Below are positions 36,427-49,053 of a stretch of DNA of 64,000 bases, piece by piece. The notes under the pieces were generated by a model that ran no database searches, was not told where the DNA came from, and saw nothing but the letters and a program-made list of their open reading frames with translations. The translations under genes and the position numbers were made by a program. Source of the stretch: Sphaerodactylus townsendi (taxonomy: Eukaryota); contig NC_059427.1 in assembly GCF_021028975.2 (NCBI RefSeq), positions 121,582,001-121,646,000 on the forward strand, written 5' to 3'. Position 1 is the stretch's first letter, and every line of letters begins with the position of its first letter.

Positions 36427-39400
36427 TTATTGTCTCCACTTTATAACAATAAATGTTAAAAAACAGATGGATAAAACCAAACGGGTATAATTTAGTCCCT
36501 TCTGCACACACTGTACAGTTTTATCCTGGAGGACTGGTTCATCCTGGTGTCCTTCTAAAACCAGATGTTTTCTGATCTGCTGCAGTTCCACACTCAGTCG
36601 TTTTAGAAGCACCAAGCTGTTTGCATTATCTGTTTCTGGCAAGGTACCTTCATTGATCTGCTTGTTCTCCATGGATGTCTCATCTGTCACATTTCCTGCT
36701 GGAATGAGGAAAATAAGGGCATTCATTATTTCTGATCTCCATACAGTGGGTTGGCTTCAGTGCAGTGTTCCATAGCTGAAAATATTGGCTGTGGAACACA
36801 ACTTTTGCTGTGCTTCATAGCAATCTGAAATACCCCCTGGAATTCTGTTTCTGAAGAAGGTGGGTCCCCAAAGAACAGGATTTACCTGGAATAATCACAG
36901 GGTCCACTGTTTTCTTTCTCCAGAACCTGCTCATACATTTCCTGTCCTTGAAGAAAAGGAAAGTTGGTTTCTTCTCATTGAGATACATCATCAGGAAGTT
37001 CTCCAGGATTCCAAGCACCATAAACATGAATATGCCAGTGAAATACATCACTACACAGATGAAAAAAACAGTGTGGCAAAAAATGGGCTTCACAGGCAGT
37101 TTTTTTAATGACCTCAGAGCCAAGCTGTTTATTCAAGGAGGATCATCATCATCAATAATTTAATTTTAGCATAAAAAGTGACCAACAGTGGCAGAAATTC
37201 ACAAATACATGTCATAACCACTGAAAACAAATTATGAAGTAGAATTGCTTGATTTTGTGTGTGGCTGGGGTAAGTAGAGTAGAAAGTAGGTTGAGCACCA
37301 TAAAATTGAAACACCTCAAAAAGGGTGATGGAAAGAGCTTTTGCTAGTGGTAAATTAAGGTGTCTTAAATCTAACTAATGGAAATAGGGTGTGGAATAGT
37401 TCAGCAGAATCTCAAGGAGCCATATGGAGACCATACCAAGTTGCAGCTGGGATCAATTACCACCTGTAAATTGTGGGTCATGCTGAGACATTAACACCTA
37501 CAGTATGTGAGGAAACTGAAGTCAAGTCTGGTCATTCTTGTATTTGTTAATTGACTATGTTTGAAGTATGTTTGAAGTACTTGATACTTAATTGAGTGTG
37601 TTTGATGCTACACTTCACAGTGTGGAGGAGGGGCTTAAGAAGATCTTTTCCATTCTCTTAACTCATGTAGGAATCACTGGGTGGACCCAGTGTTTGCTGG
37701 CCCTTTACTCTTAGCTCAACTGAACAATGAATTGAGAGCTGTCACAGCTAAGATATCTGCAAGACCCTGATGCAAAGAAAGCTCTGCTATTAATTCATAA
37801 GATGACCTTAGGCAAGTTATTCAACCTGAGTCCCCCATAATACAGGCCTATCTTACTGGGACATTGTAAGTACAGCAAGATAATATACATGAAGAAGTCC
37901 TTTGACTGTTTTAGGACGCTACCTAAATGCTTAATTTCAGTTTGACATAGTGTGAACTAATCTCTGGGACCTTCACAGATGGTATGACAGGCCCTAAATG
38001 CCACATGAAAACAAATCCACAGAAGCAAGGCATTTACCTATAACAGGTGGGTCATCTGATGTAGCTGGCAGCATTTCATTAAGGATCAATGACAGGACAG
38101 AAGTTTCCAGGATCAGTGTGACTTTGAAGGCAATCATATCTCCAGGAGAAACAACTGTAAAAGAAATAGCCGTATCTAGCAAAAAGAGAGTGAAGGTTGG
38201 TACGATCAGAACTAGCACGTGAAAAATCGACCTCCTTTTCATTGAAATCTGTCAAAAAAAGAGAGCAAAGATTATTACAGAGCATAATCTCTTTGGTCAT
38301 TCCTAACAAGAGCCTAAATTCTCAGCACACTTACAGTGCCAGCAAAGTTGTTACACCTTTCTAAGATGACTGAAGTCAATGGGTATAACCCTGATTAGGA
38401 TGGCACAATGGAATGCAAGGTCATAGTACTCTTGTTCCTAAAATTTTCCTTAATTCTCAGTTTAGCATGTTGTGGGGAAATCATGGAGCCACTGCCAAGC
38501 CTTAAGTAGGAACCGTAGGTAGAATTGACAAATCCAATGTGAAATTCCTGGAGATAGGGGCAGTGCTTAGACAGGGCAGTGTTGGTGGTGGGGCAGTGGG
38601 AGCTCTGCAAAAATGTGATTAGGCTTGCTAAGTAGATGTTGGAAAATTTCTGAAGATTTGGGGGTGGAACTGGGGATGATGCAACATGGGGAAGAGAGGG
38701 AACTCAGTGGAATATAAGGCCATGGAATCTGCCCACCAAAGCAGACATTTTCTCCACAGGAACCTTATCTCTGAAATCTGGAGATCAGTTGTAATTACAT
38801 CCAGATCAAAGCCCAGCCCTTCAGCTGTTCCTTTTCTTCAGAGGTCTTTCCCTCAGCAATCTTAAATTTAAAACGTATATTTCCTGCCTTGTATCACTCA
38901 ACCTGAAAAAACTCTGAAAACTGCCTCCAGGGTTTTCAGTCCCATAAGATACATCAGCCAACAGCAATCCTGTCCCTCTCTAAACTCCCACCTGGTCTCT
39001 GGCCTTTATTGTCTGTATATGTGAATCTTTATGGTCTACTGTAAGAGAAATGAAAGTCCCAGAGTATCCACTATGTCTAGGCACTTTAGGACTTCCATTT
39101 CTCCTAGGTTTTATGATTTCTCCAGATTTAAGAGATTCCATGAGAAGTCTAAGCCCCAACCATATCAGTAGAGCTTTTGGGAAGAGTCTAAAGTGGCTTC
39201 CCAGCACTGGGGTGATGCTCTGCCTGAGGTCTGTGGCTGTGAATAGATTTTCTCTTTTTTTTCTAACAGAGCTGCCCTTCTCTATGACATGGTAACCCAG
39301 CACGCAAAAAAAGTCAACAAGCGAAGTTCCCTACCACTGCAGCAGCTGATATTAGAAAAAGATACACTGTGAAATTATAACCTGTCATGTAGCTGCAGAA

Positions 39401-42400
39401 AGCACACAAACCCTGTCGGAAAAACAAAGAGAGAACGATGGCCATTTTATCTGCAAACGTTTTTTTCCAGCCACTTTTTATGTTGTTGACAGGACTTAGC
39501 TAGGGTTGCCAGGTCCCCCAGGCCACTGAAGGGGGACGAGGAGATAGATTTGCCCGATCCAGGCTGGGAAAAAACTCTCCAGGAGATTCGGGAGATGGAG
39601 CTTGGGAAAGGTAGGTACCTCAATGCCATTTAGGTGGCACAATGCCATAAACCCCCCAAAGACATAGATTTTCTTCAGAGGAGCGGATCTCTGTACTCTG
39701 GAGATGAGTTATACTTCTGAGCATCAGGCTCTTTAACACCATCAGCAGCACCTGGTATTCCAAAGGGAGATGGCTGAAAGATGAGGCTCATCTGCTTTTA
39801 CTAAGGAGCTTCTTTCAAGCCCAATCTACCCATTGAAGGAAAATGAAGTAAAGAGATTCTGAGATGATAAAGTGAGCTGTACTGCTTCAGCATGTAGGTG
39901 GGGAAATCTGTATTTTTAATGTTCTTTTCTGGAACAACATCCTGCACAATAAAAAAAATAGAACATTAGGGAGAAAGGTTCCAACCTAGATCTTCATATG
40001 CTGTGCCAATTTCCCATTTACAGTAGAACATTTGTAAATAGTGTAATCCCTCGTCTGCAGTCTGAAGCAGTGCAGTTCATTCTGCCACCTCATTACCACC
40101 CTTATCTTCTACATGTCTATATGTGCTTTGGACCCACTAAATAACAGTGTTCAGGTAGTATCTCTTCCAGTCCAGATTTCAATAATAATATTACCAGACT
40201 CAATGCATATTTACTTGGAAATAAATTTCAATGTGTTACACAGCTTTTCCTCCTATTTAAATACATACAGAATAACAGTCCCAAAGGTGTTGCCTGCTTT
40301 GATTGACATTGGGAGAAAGATGGTTAGAACTGACATAAATGAATAAATATGCCACTTAAACAATTATTTAGGATAAAAATGCACAACTGTAACATAATTA
40401 ACATAGGTTTTTAGAATGAGATGATCCCTTTTTTCTTTACTTCACAAAGTAGTGTGATTACCCTTTATTTAATAAATGGTGATACAAGTCTGCAAAGATA
40501 ACACAACTCAAATTTATACAGGGATAGTTTCTGTGTTATTCCTATATTTCCAGCATAAGAAAGCATTTGTAATGAATACCTCATATGTGACTGTACTGAA
40601 GTTCATCTTATAAGGAATTGTTTCCTCCACGATGCTCAGTTTTTCAAATTTCCATTCACCCTTTATGAGGTAATTCTCACGACTATCTTGGTTTGTCTTT
40701 TTGGAACTTTTAATGTTCTTCATTAATATTTGCTTATCTAAAATCAACAGAGGACACAAGTTTGCCACTTTAAGGACAAATGCCTATCATGTGCATCCTG
40801 AATGTGTAAAATGTTTGTAGAAAGTAAAATTCATAGAGATGTATTCTAGTCACAATTCTTTTTCAGTAGCTGCTCAAATTGCATGGTGTGAGATCATAGT
40901 AAGACCATAAGAACATAAGAAAGAGCCTGCTGGATCAGACCAGAGTCCATCTAGTCCAGCACTCTGCTACTCGCAGTGGCCCACCAGATGCCTTTGGGAG
41001 CTCACATGCAAGATGTGAAAGCAATGGCCTTCTGCTGCTGCTGCTCCTGAGCACCTGGTCTGCTAAGGCATTTGCAATCTCAGATCAAGGAGGATCAAGA
41101 TTGGTAGCCATAGATCAGGTGTCAGCAACCTTTAACACCCAAAGAGCCATTTGGACCCGTTTTCCATGGAAAAGAAAACACTTGGAGCCGCACTGATTTA
41201 TAGTGGCTAATAACCCATGGCAGCAACTAATTTTAGAGGTTCCTAACTCTTGAGACACTAGGGTATGTGAATGAAGGAGCAAAAATGTACAAGGAACAGC
41301 AGTCATATGGAGAATGGAAGAAAGCATGTAGGTGTTGAAGAAAGTGGATAGACCATGAAGGATGCACACAAGATGCGGGGGCTGCAGACGTAAGTGAGAA
41401 AGGGATGAAATCTGAAGATGAACATAAATCAAATGGCGTACATGATAGAGGGAATATTCAAAAATATTTTAGGTGGATGGGGAGAAGAAAATCCTAGCTG
41501 AAAAAATATGACCATGTTTAGCTGGGTTACCTGAATGCATCGAAGACATCAAAGTTAAATTGCATTTTTGTTCATCGAAAGGAAATGCATGGACATCCAG
41601 ATTGCAAGTTGAGGTGAGTCGATATACTTGGAATGCACAAACAGTACCATTGTATGACAAGTCAACATAGGGGCTGGATGTGAATTTGTCTTCATCAGCC
41701 CTAAAGACATGGGATTTTAATCAGGCAGGGGTTGTATTTTGCACATATTAGACAATCTAGGACTTTGGCATCTATGTGAACTTTCTCCATATCTATGCAA
41801 TCATCAGCTGATTCTGCACAACCAAAATAAGATGTCCTAGGGTCGTCTTAAAAAAAAGTATCCTCATTTTTTGTCTGGAGAGGACAAAAATGAAGCGTCT
41901 GAGGAGAGAGCAGTTTTTCCCCCCACCCCAAACTGCAAGCTCTCACTTTTGTTTTCTTCGGTTAGCCATTTTGTGAGACTTGGATCCTCCATGCTGCCCG
42001 CCATTTGATGAAGTTGCCTTAGGACATTTTCTCTGTAGGCATCTTGGCTGATCTTTTCAGTGAATACAGTTCAGGAATTGACTCTTTTTTTCCTGCTGAT
42101 TCCAGCAATATATAGTTTTCAATTAAAAAAAACTTTGATGAAGTGTCTTTGAAGCCATGATATATGAGAGTGACTATGATTCTCATATCGTGTCATTGTG
42201 GCTTTGAAGACACCTCATCAAAAATATTTTAAAATCCTGAAAACTACATATTGCTGGAATCAACAGGAAAGGCTGAGTTGATGCATATACTTTATTCACT
42301 GAAATGATGCCCAGCTGAAATGCCTGCAGAGCAAGGGACCCAGGGCAACTTCACCAAATCGTGGGCGGCATGGAGGATTCAAATCTCACAAAATGGCCAG

Positions 42401-43344
42401 CGGGACAAAACAACCGTGAGAGCTTGCAGTTTGAGAAGGAGAAATATCACCTATCCTGAGCTCTGCCCAGCAAGCAGGAGATGACTTGTAGCTGACTTGG
42501 GGAAAAAGATACCTAGTTTAGCATCCTCAAAATACACTGGCTTGAGCAGGAAAAAAAACAATCTGAGGGCTTCTTCCTCCCCAAGACCCTGTTTTTTCCC
42601 ATCTTCAGGCTGTTTTATTTGTGCTGTGCCGAATGGGTCATTAATAAAGGATATATATACATAGTAAGAGACTTAATAAATTATGTTTCTGGTAGGAGAA
42701 CTGTTAATTTAACCAAGTCCTTGTGGATTCTTTAAGTTTTGATTTTTAACAATTTTCATGGAATATGCCTGCTGTTACAGAACATGTCTGAGACTACTCA
42801 GTATCAAAAGTGCACTTTATTCTGATGCTGAAATGCTACATCACTTAAATGTCTAAAAGTCTAACTATATTGTACAAGTTGACAATGATAAAATAAGAAT
42901 TTGAGTAGTAAAATGAATTTGAGATTCCCCTTAAACTGAAATTTCACTTCAATTTGAAATTTTGGTTCACATCAACTACTTGGATGCGGGGAGTTGCCAT
43001 GAACTGAGTCTGAAAATAATGAGAAAATGGAAAGAAAGCCACCTTACCGTTCATCTATGTAGACGTCAGGCATCCAGAAAAGGTTTACAGGAAGGCTGAT
43101 TCTGGTAATATTACAGAAATCTGAGGGATTCCAGGAAACAAACTCATTGTTCCAAATCTAGTGGAGGTGAAAATTAGGTAAATCATTAGCTTGAGAAGTT
43201 TAGTTTGAGTTCTCTTGGAGGATGGATCTGATTGTCATATACAGAGGAAGAAAAAAGCGTGCCTTACCAGATTGAGCCAAAAATAGAATGTGACCACTTG
43301 CAATTTTTCATTCTGGAAGGATGAATGAAAATAAGAATATATCT

Positions 43345-43387
<43 letters not shown>

Positions 43388-44061
43388 ACTAAATAGGGAC
43401 AAAGTAGATGAAATTATTCAAAAATTATTTATCCTCCCTTGGGTGGCAAAGTGGCACTGCTAGACTTTGAGAGCTGCAAGTGTGGCTGATGAACAAGTAA
43501 ATGAGCATTCTGCATCCTGACAGCTTACATATTTAATAGAGTTCCCACCACTAGCAACTATTTTGCCCTTTTGTTGTTCTCTAATATTTAAGCTGGTTCC
43601 ATTATAAACAAGAGAGTGACATGTTTCTCTTACTACAGAAAGGATGGAAACCAGGGTGAACTCCAGACCAACTTCCAAAGGTTCTTTCCAGTTCCTCTTG
43701 GGTATGGTGTATGAGAAAAGTTCCTTATTAGCAGACAGGTTCAGGTGCTTAGCCACATCATAATAACTACAGATCTCCTCTGGTGTGGTTTCTGAGTGGA
43801 AAGAAAACAATAGCAAGATTCAGTACCGTTTCATAAAAAGCAAAATCACATACCTCTTCTTCACCTGCTTCTTCACCTACTTTGCTGTTCACAATCATAT
43901 TGAAAGCTAGTGGATGGGGAAAATTGCTGGTCTTCACTCCACTGTGAATCTACGATCATTGTTGATTTGGTTGCTGTGTGGAAGGATAAGAAGTTGCTTC
44001 AACCTGTCTTACCTGGCACACAGAAATAGAATAGAAAAGTGATTACAGCAGCTCTCCACAT
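36427..44061 (-). CDS. Orphan pentameric ligand-gated ion channel subunit, 5-HT3 receptor/ZAC-family-like, copy A (444 aa)
   Basis: Exons 44061-44013, 43791-43634, 43312-43268, 43157-43048, 41700-41531, 40737-40580, 38248-38038, 37050-36886, 36695-36427 (49,158,45,110,170,158,211,165,269 = 1335 nt), all GT-AG, open frame. Signal peptide, WMPD, Cys-loop C-NLDVHAFPFDEQK-C, GEW, M1-M3, MA helix and M4. Confidence 0.92.
40907..41116 (-). mobile_element. CR1 3' fragment in intron 5, shared with copy B (54530-54840)
   Basis: Same insertion site (gagatcatagtaag) in both paralogues, so it predates the duplication or a conversion event. Confidence 0.85.
43349..43383. repeat. (AG)n microsatellite in intron 2; paralogous longer tract at 58087-58139
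   Basis: Direct reading. Confidence 0.95.
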
Positions 44062-44923
44062 TCTTCTGCTATTTTACAGATTTAGGAGAAGATACAGAGC
44101 AGGATGCTTTTTCAGGTGCATTTGTGTGGGTCTGCTGCCAAGAAAGAGTAGGATGCAAAACTGCTGGACTGCCCAACTTATTGAGGCAAGGAAATGGTAA
44201 CGTTTTTGCATTAAGCTGAATTCCCACTCAGCTGTGGGATAATGCATTTCATATCTATGCCTGTTGCTTTCACTTCTAAGCATTCAACCTAGCTACTGGC
44301 TCTGGAATGCCTCCATTTTTGCCTGCTGGTTTGTCTTTCTCAGAAATGCTTCCTCTTGTTCTTAATTTCAAAGCTGCTATATACTTTAATATGCATTACT
44401 TACTTTGCTTTCCAAACAATAACCACTCCACTTAATTCACTTTGCAAATCCTCTGTGATAGATATTGTGACTGATTGTGGGTACTGCGCTCTTTGCAAAT
44501 ATGATGGTTTTGGCTTGGTAAATACATCACTGATAAGATTTGGCTTGGTAAATACATTACTGATATGGCTATGCCTCATATATCCATTTTATGGCAGAAT
44601 AAAAAGGGGGTACCACATATTACTCAATAAAAAGTGATAAGTGTCATCCCCCCCCCCCCCAAGGTTCTCACCATTGGCAGTGGAGGATGGGCAGTGGAAG
44701 TGGAGGTATGGAGTTTTAGGAGGGTTGGCACAGGACAGCAGTGCTGCTTTAGTGGGACACAGGGAGAGGAGGGTGCTGACAATTATAATTTTTCTGAGTG
44801 AAATGGCTGTTTGCAAAGAGGTGATGTGTTTGTAGACTTTTAAAACTAAAGGCCTTTTTGTTAGCATGCTTTTGGAGGACAACAAAGGGGCGATGGTCAG
44901 GATTCTAGGGGGTAGGATACCTG

Positions 44924-45326
44924 CAGAGGTGTAGCTAGGCCAGAGTGCGCCTGGGGCACACACTGGCTTTTTCACCCCCCTGCTCCCCCACCTCTCCGCG
45001 GCAGCCCCTCCCAAAGCACCCCATTCCACTTACTTTTAGGAAAGGAGCAGGCCGAAGAAGCCTTCCTGCGTTGCCTGGGCCTGGTGGGAACTACATTTCC
45101 CAGGAGCCCATGGTAAACGTAGTTCCCACCAGGCCCAGGCAACGCAGGCAGGCTTCTTCGCTGGGATGTTCCATTCCTAAAAGTAAGTGGGAGGGCGGTG
45201 CGCTGTGGGAGGGCGGGGGGGCACCGCGGAAGGGGGGCCATGGGGATTTTTCCATCCCCCACGTGACCAGAATCGGTGCCCCCGGTGCATTGCGCACCCC
45301 CCTGTCCCCTGGTGGCTTCGCCACTG
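44924..45326. mobile_element. Non-autonomous hAT upstream of copy A only
   Basis: Termini cagaggtgtagc / gcttcgccactg; TSD gatacctg/gatacctt; internal inverted repeat; empty site at about 59661 in copy B. Confidence 0.8.
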
Positions 45327-45842
45327 GATACCTTTCACTTTTTATTGACTGATGTGTAGCACCAACTTCTTCTTATGCAATTTCATTAACTAACTTCCAT
45401 TAAACTGGGGATGTTTGTTTGGTGTTGGTCAGAATTCTAGGTTGAGGAGCTCTACTAGCTCCCCATCATATTGTGTCTAGAAAGTGTGTACCTGAACCTT
45501 CTATATTATATATAAATAAAGCCCAAAGCTTTTATTGGCACAATTTCCTGTATGCAAGGTTACAGCAACTTTGAAAAGGGCTTAATTCCAGGGTCCCAGG
45601 TGAGAGACAGGAGAATTAAATCACTTTGGCTGGTTAGAACTGGCAGGAAGATTCTTTGGAGAGAGGGAATCAGTATTAGTCCTAGTTAATCTTTAAAAGA
45701 AAGCCATGCAATTTAAACCTCAAGCTAGACATTAAAGCTACATTTGATATAGGAGACATCCTGATACTAGCATTCCTTTGGTCAGATTATTAGTTGAGAT
45801 CCTACCTCTGTCTAGAATGGCTAATTGATAAATTAAATATCT

Positions 45843-46010
45843 NNNNNNNNNNNNNNNNNNNNNNNNNNNNNNNNNNNNNNNNNNNNNNNNNNNNNNNNNN
45901 NNNNNNNNNNNNNNNNNNNNNNNNNNNNNNNNNNNNNNNNNNNNNNNNNNNNNNNNNNNNNNNNNNNNNNNNNNNNNNNNNNNNNNNNNNNNNNNNNNNN
46001 NNNNNNNNNN
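45843..46010. other. Assembly gap (168 N)
   Basis: Run of N. Confidence 1.
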
Positions 46011-46744
46011 CTTTCAACAGCATTTTTCAGCTGCCAGTCACCACTGCTTGAGTCTCTGTATGACCTACATATATAATTTGCATATTTAGCAAAGGCTCAT
46101 GGATATGTTGTTGAAATGCACACTACAACTGGAAAAGACAGTCCAAGGCAGGACTGGGCCTGCTAAAAAAAGGACCTCCTTGAAGACCAGGAGGCGGGGC
46201 TCAGGGGTTGGGCGCTCCGGCTTGCCTACATGGAGCGGGGTGGGGGGTGCTGCCCCTCAGCTGCACCCCTTGGCCTGCACAGAAATTGGGGGTGTGGCCC
46301 CACCCCCTTCTCCTCTGTGCTTTTAAAAGCTCTGGCTTGGTGGCTGCAGCACATTGCATTTGGTCACGTGGGGGGGATGCCTGGAACCCCCCACATGACC
46401 AAAAGGCATGCACCCAGGGACAGGGGTGACCCCATATCCCCAGGCAGATATGCCACTGCTTCCTCCCACCTGGTTCTGAATGCTGCCTCCTGACCCAATA
46501 CAATGTATACCCTACACATCTGTGCAGGCGCTTGCTCTTTCCCTCAAGACCGCTACCCTGCCTCCAGACTGTTCTTCCTCTATTTGGGTTGTACTTCTAT
46601 GTGCTTGGAAAATGGGCTGCTTAAAGAGCACCAGGGGAAGGGATGTGCTCTACAAATGCACCTCCACGTGACTTTTAAAAGTGGCGCTCAGAGCATGAGA
46701 CCCCTCCCATACCCCCAAGATACACCTGTGCTTACACTATAGTT

Positions 46745-47257
46745 CAGTGGTGGCGAACCTATGGCACGGGTGCCAGAGGTGGCACTCAGAGCCCTCTCTG
46801 TGGGCACGCGCAGAGTCGCCCCCCTCCCCCACACATCTAGGCTGGCCTGGGCCGCTGGGATTGATTATTAGCATTAAACTTAAGACCTAGTTTTGGGGAA
46901 GCAGTGTAGGTAACCCTGTTAAGTGCTGTTAAACCCCACTGAATTTCATGCAAAGAACTAAAGCTTGATCCTTTACCTGGGAGTAAGCTCGGTTGCTGTC
47001 AATGGGGCTTGCCTCTGAGTAAACCCTCCTAGGGTCTTGATTCACCCATTGGAAGAGTTGCATGGTTGCTTCAAAGCAAAGCCACAGACTACCACCAATC
47101 TTACTCCCGAGTAATGCACGCCTCGGAGCCAACCGTTTTTTTTCTAAACTGAAACCTCAGTATTCAGGTTAAATTGCCATGTTGGCACTTTGCGATAAAT
47201 AAGTGGGTTTTGGGTTGCAATTTGGGCACTTGGTCTCGAAAAGGTTCACCATCACTG
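46745..47257. mobile_element. Non-autonomous hAT (CAGTG.TGGCGAACC-type TIR)
   Basis: TIR cagtggtggcgaacct / aggttcaccatcactg; perfect 8-bp TSD ctatagtt. Confidence 0.85.
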
Positions 47258-48066
47258 CTATAGTTCCTAGTGGATTTCCCGCCTGTTGCAGGATACCACC
47301 TATCCCTTCTTTTTCTGAACGTCAAGCTTCAACTTCCAAAAGAGCACAGAATATTCTAAAACTATTTCCCCTATGAGCCAGCTGCTGTCAGTTCATGTTA
47401 CAGACCTGAGGAAGGGGTGGGTGGAGATCCTGCCCTCCCACACTCATTCCACACACACACACGCGCGCACGCACGCACGCACGCACGCACACACATAAAT
47501 GACTCTGGGGAAATATTCTGAGATTTGTAACGTCAGTGAGCTGCTTCCATTTTTGTCTTCTTCCTCCCCAAAAGCCAAGGGAGCAACCTGTTATCATTTT
47601 AAATGCGTATAACTTCTCGGCATTCTGCGCAGGCCAATTACATACAAGTTGAGACCTTAAGACCATGGCTTAGGACATTTTTCTCCCACATCCTTTCTTC
47701 AACACAACCAACATAGTGAAGACTTCTGGAGAACTCCAACACTGTTTTGTGTCATTTTAACTGGTCTTAATAAAAAGTATTATTAAGGGTAGCTTTAATT
47801 TGCTTTGAACCAATGTGATTGCCTGCAATCACTTTATAGCTAAGATGTTTGCTAGGAGGATGAATAAACTGAGGCCAATGCTTTCAGTTTGCCATAATGC
47901 ATCATCTTTATTTTCTTTATTACCTATTTTCTCATGTCATACAACTAGCATGTTTCTGACAGTAATTATATTTTTAAAAAGCTTTATTAGGTTCAAAAAG
48001 CCCATGCCTAAATTAATTATTGTTCCTTTTAATATCTAATTACTGATTAAAGTTAAGACTACTTCT

Positions 48067-48483
48067 TGATGTGATTTGGCAAGTGCCAGTCACACAATCC
48101 AGTAATGAAGGAGTTAATGTTGTGCATGCAAATTAGTTAGTTAGGTCAGAAGTCAGTGACCAAGTAATCGACCCCTATTGGTCAAGCAGACCCGGCATGA
48201 GATACATGCAAGTCTGCACGTAGACAATAGGTATATAATCTTTGTTACTCTCTGCTCATGCTCTCTAGTAGCTCTTTAGCAATGTGATAGCCAAAGTAGA
48301 AGCTAGCTGATGAAGCTAGCCAGATAGAAAGATATTTTATTGTTTTGCTCCCAAGTTTATCTTTCCCTTCTTTTATAGATAGTAAACTCTAGTTTCAGTA
48401 AGCAACTGTTTCTGCCTCTTTATTGTGCAAACTCTGCATATCTAAGAAGTGTGATATAATTATCACAACTGAGAATCACTTCA
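48067..48483 (+). mobile_element. Solo LTR downstream of the copy B stop codon
   Basis: TG...CA termini (tgatgtga / tcacttca); 5-bp TSD cttct; TATA near 48232 and AGTAAA near 48381; absent at the matching site in copy A (about 35990). Confidence 0.85.
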
Positions 48484-48697
48484 CTTCTCATATTAATTTC
48501 CCCCCTGGGGTGGTCAAATGCAAGACAGCAAAGGGCTCCTGAGTTGTGTCAAAGTGAAAGCTGTGATGTGCGTAGTTTCTGTCACCAAAGTGGCAGAAGG
48601 ATAGGAGAATAACGCCTGCTAAAAGGTGGCCTTTCTTCACAATAGGATCAATAGCTGGATCTTCCAGTTACTCCTTTCCACTGGGGCAAGATTCCTA

Positions 48698-48838
48698 GGC
48701 CCCTTCCGCACACGCAAAATAATGCGTTTTCAAACCACTTTCACAACTGTTTGCAAGTGGGTTTTGCTATTCCGCACAGCTTCAAAGAGCACTGAAAGCA
48801 GTTTGAAAGTGCATTATTCTGCATGTGCGGAATGAGCC
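48698..48838. mobile_element. Harbinger-like MITE (copy B 3' region only)
   Basis: Inverted copy of 35258-35398; empty site near 36190 in copy A. Confidence 0.7.
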
Positions 48839-49053
48839 TAATATTGAACCAGGCAGCTTTCTTTGTGTTTGCTGCAACTGCAACTCCAGTGATTGATGAT
48901 TGCTTTGGGTTGATTGACCCAATATAAGTTTCATGCAGTTAGGGCTGTTAGTGGGAGGAATAGGGGTATGAAATGCAAGGGTCCTGGTTATCCTGGGAGG
49001 TCAGGAAAGGTGATAGAGTACAGCTCTGCATCCAGTGTTTTTTTGCTAGCAAT

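Larger units (their letters stand above)
35459..45842. repeat. Tandem segmental duplication, unit A (unit B = 47542 to about 63980)
   Basis: Colinear similarity from tgcttccatttttgtctt (35459 vs 47542) through all exons and introns to gataaattaaatatct (45842 vs 63977). Confidence 0.93.

Noticed and set aside
45794-46051. ORFs spanning the X-run
   Set aside because: Caused by the N gap.
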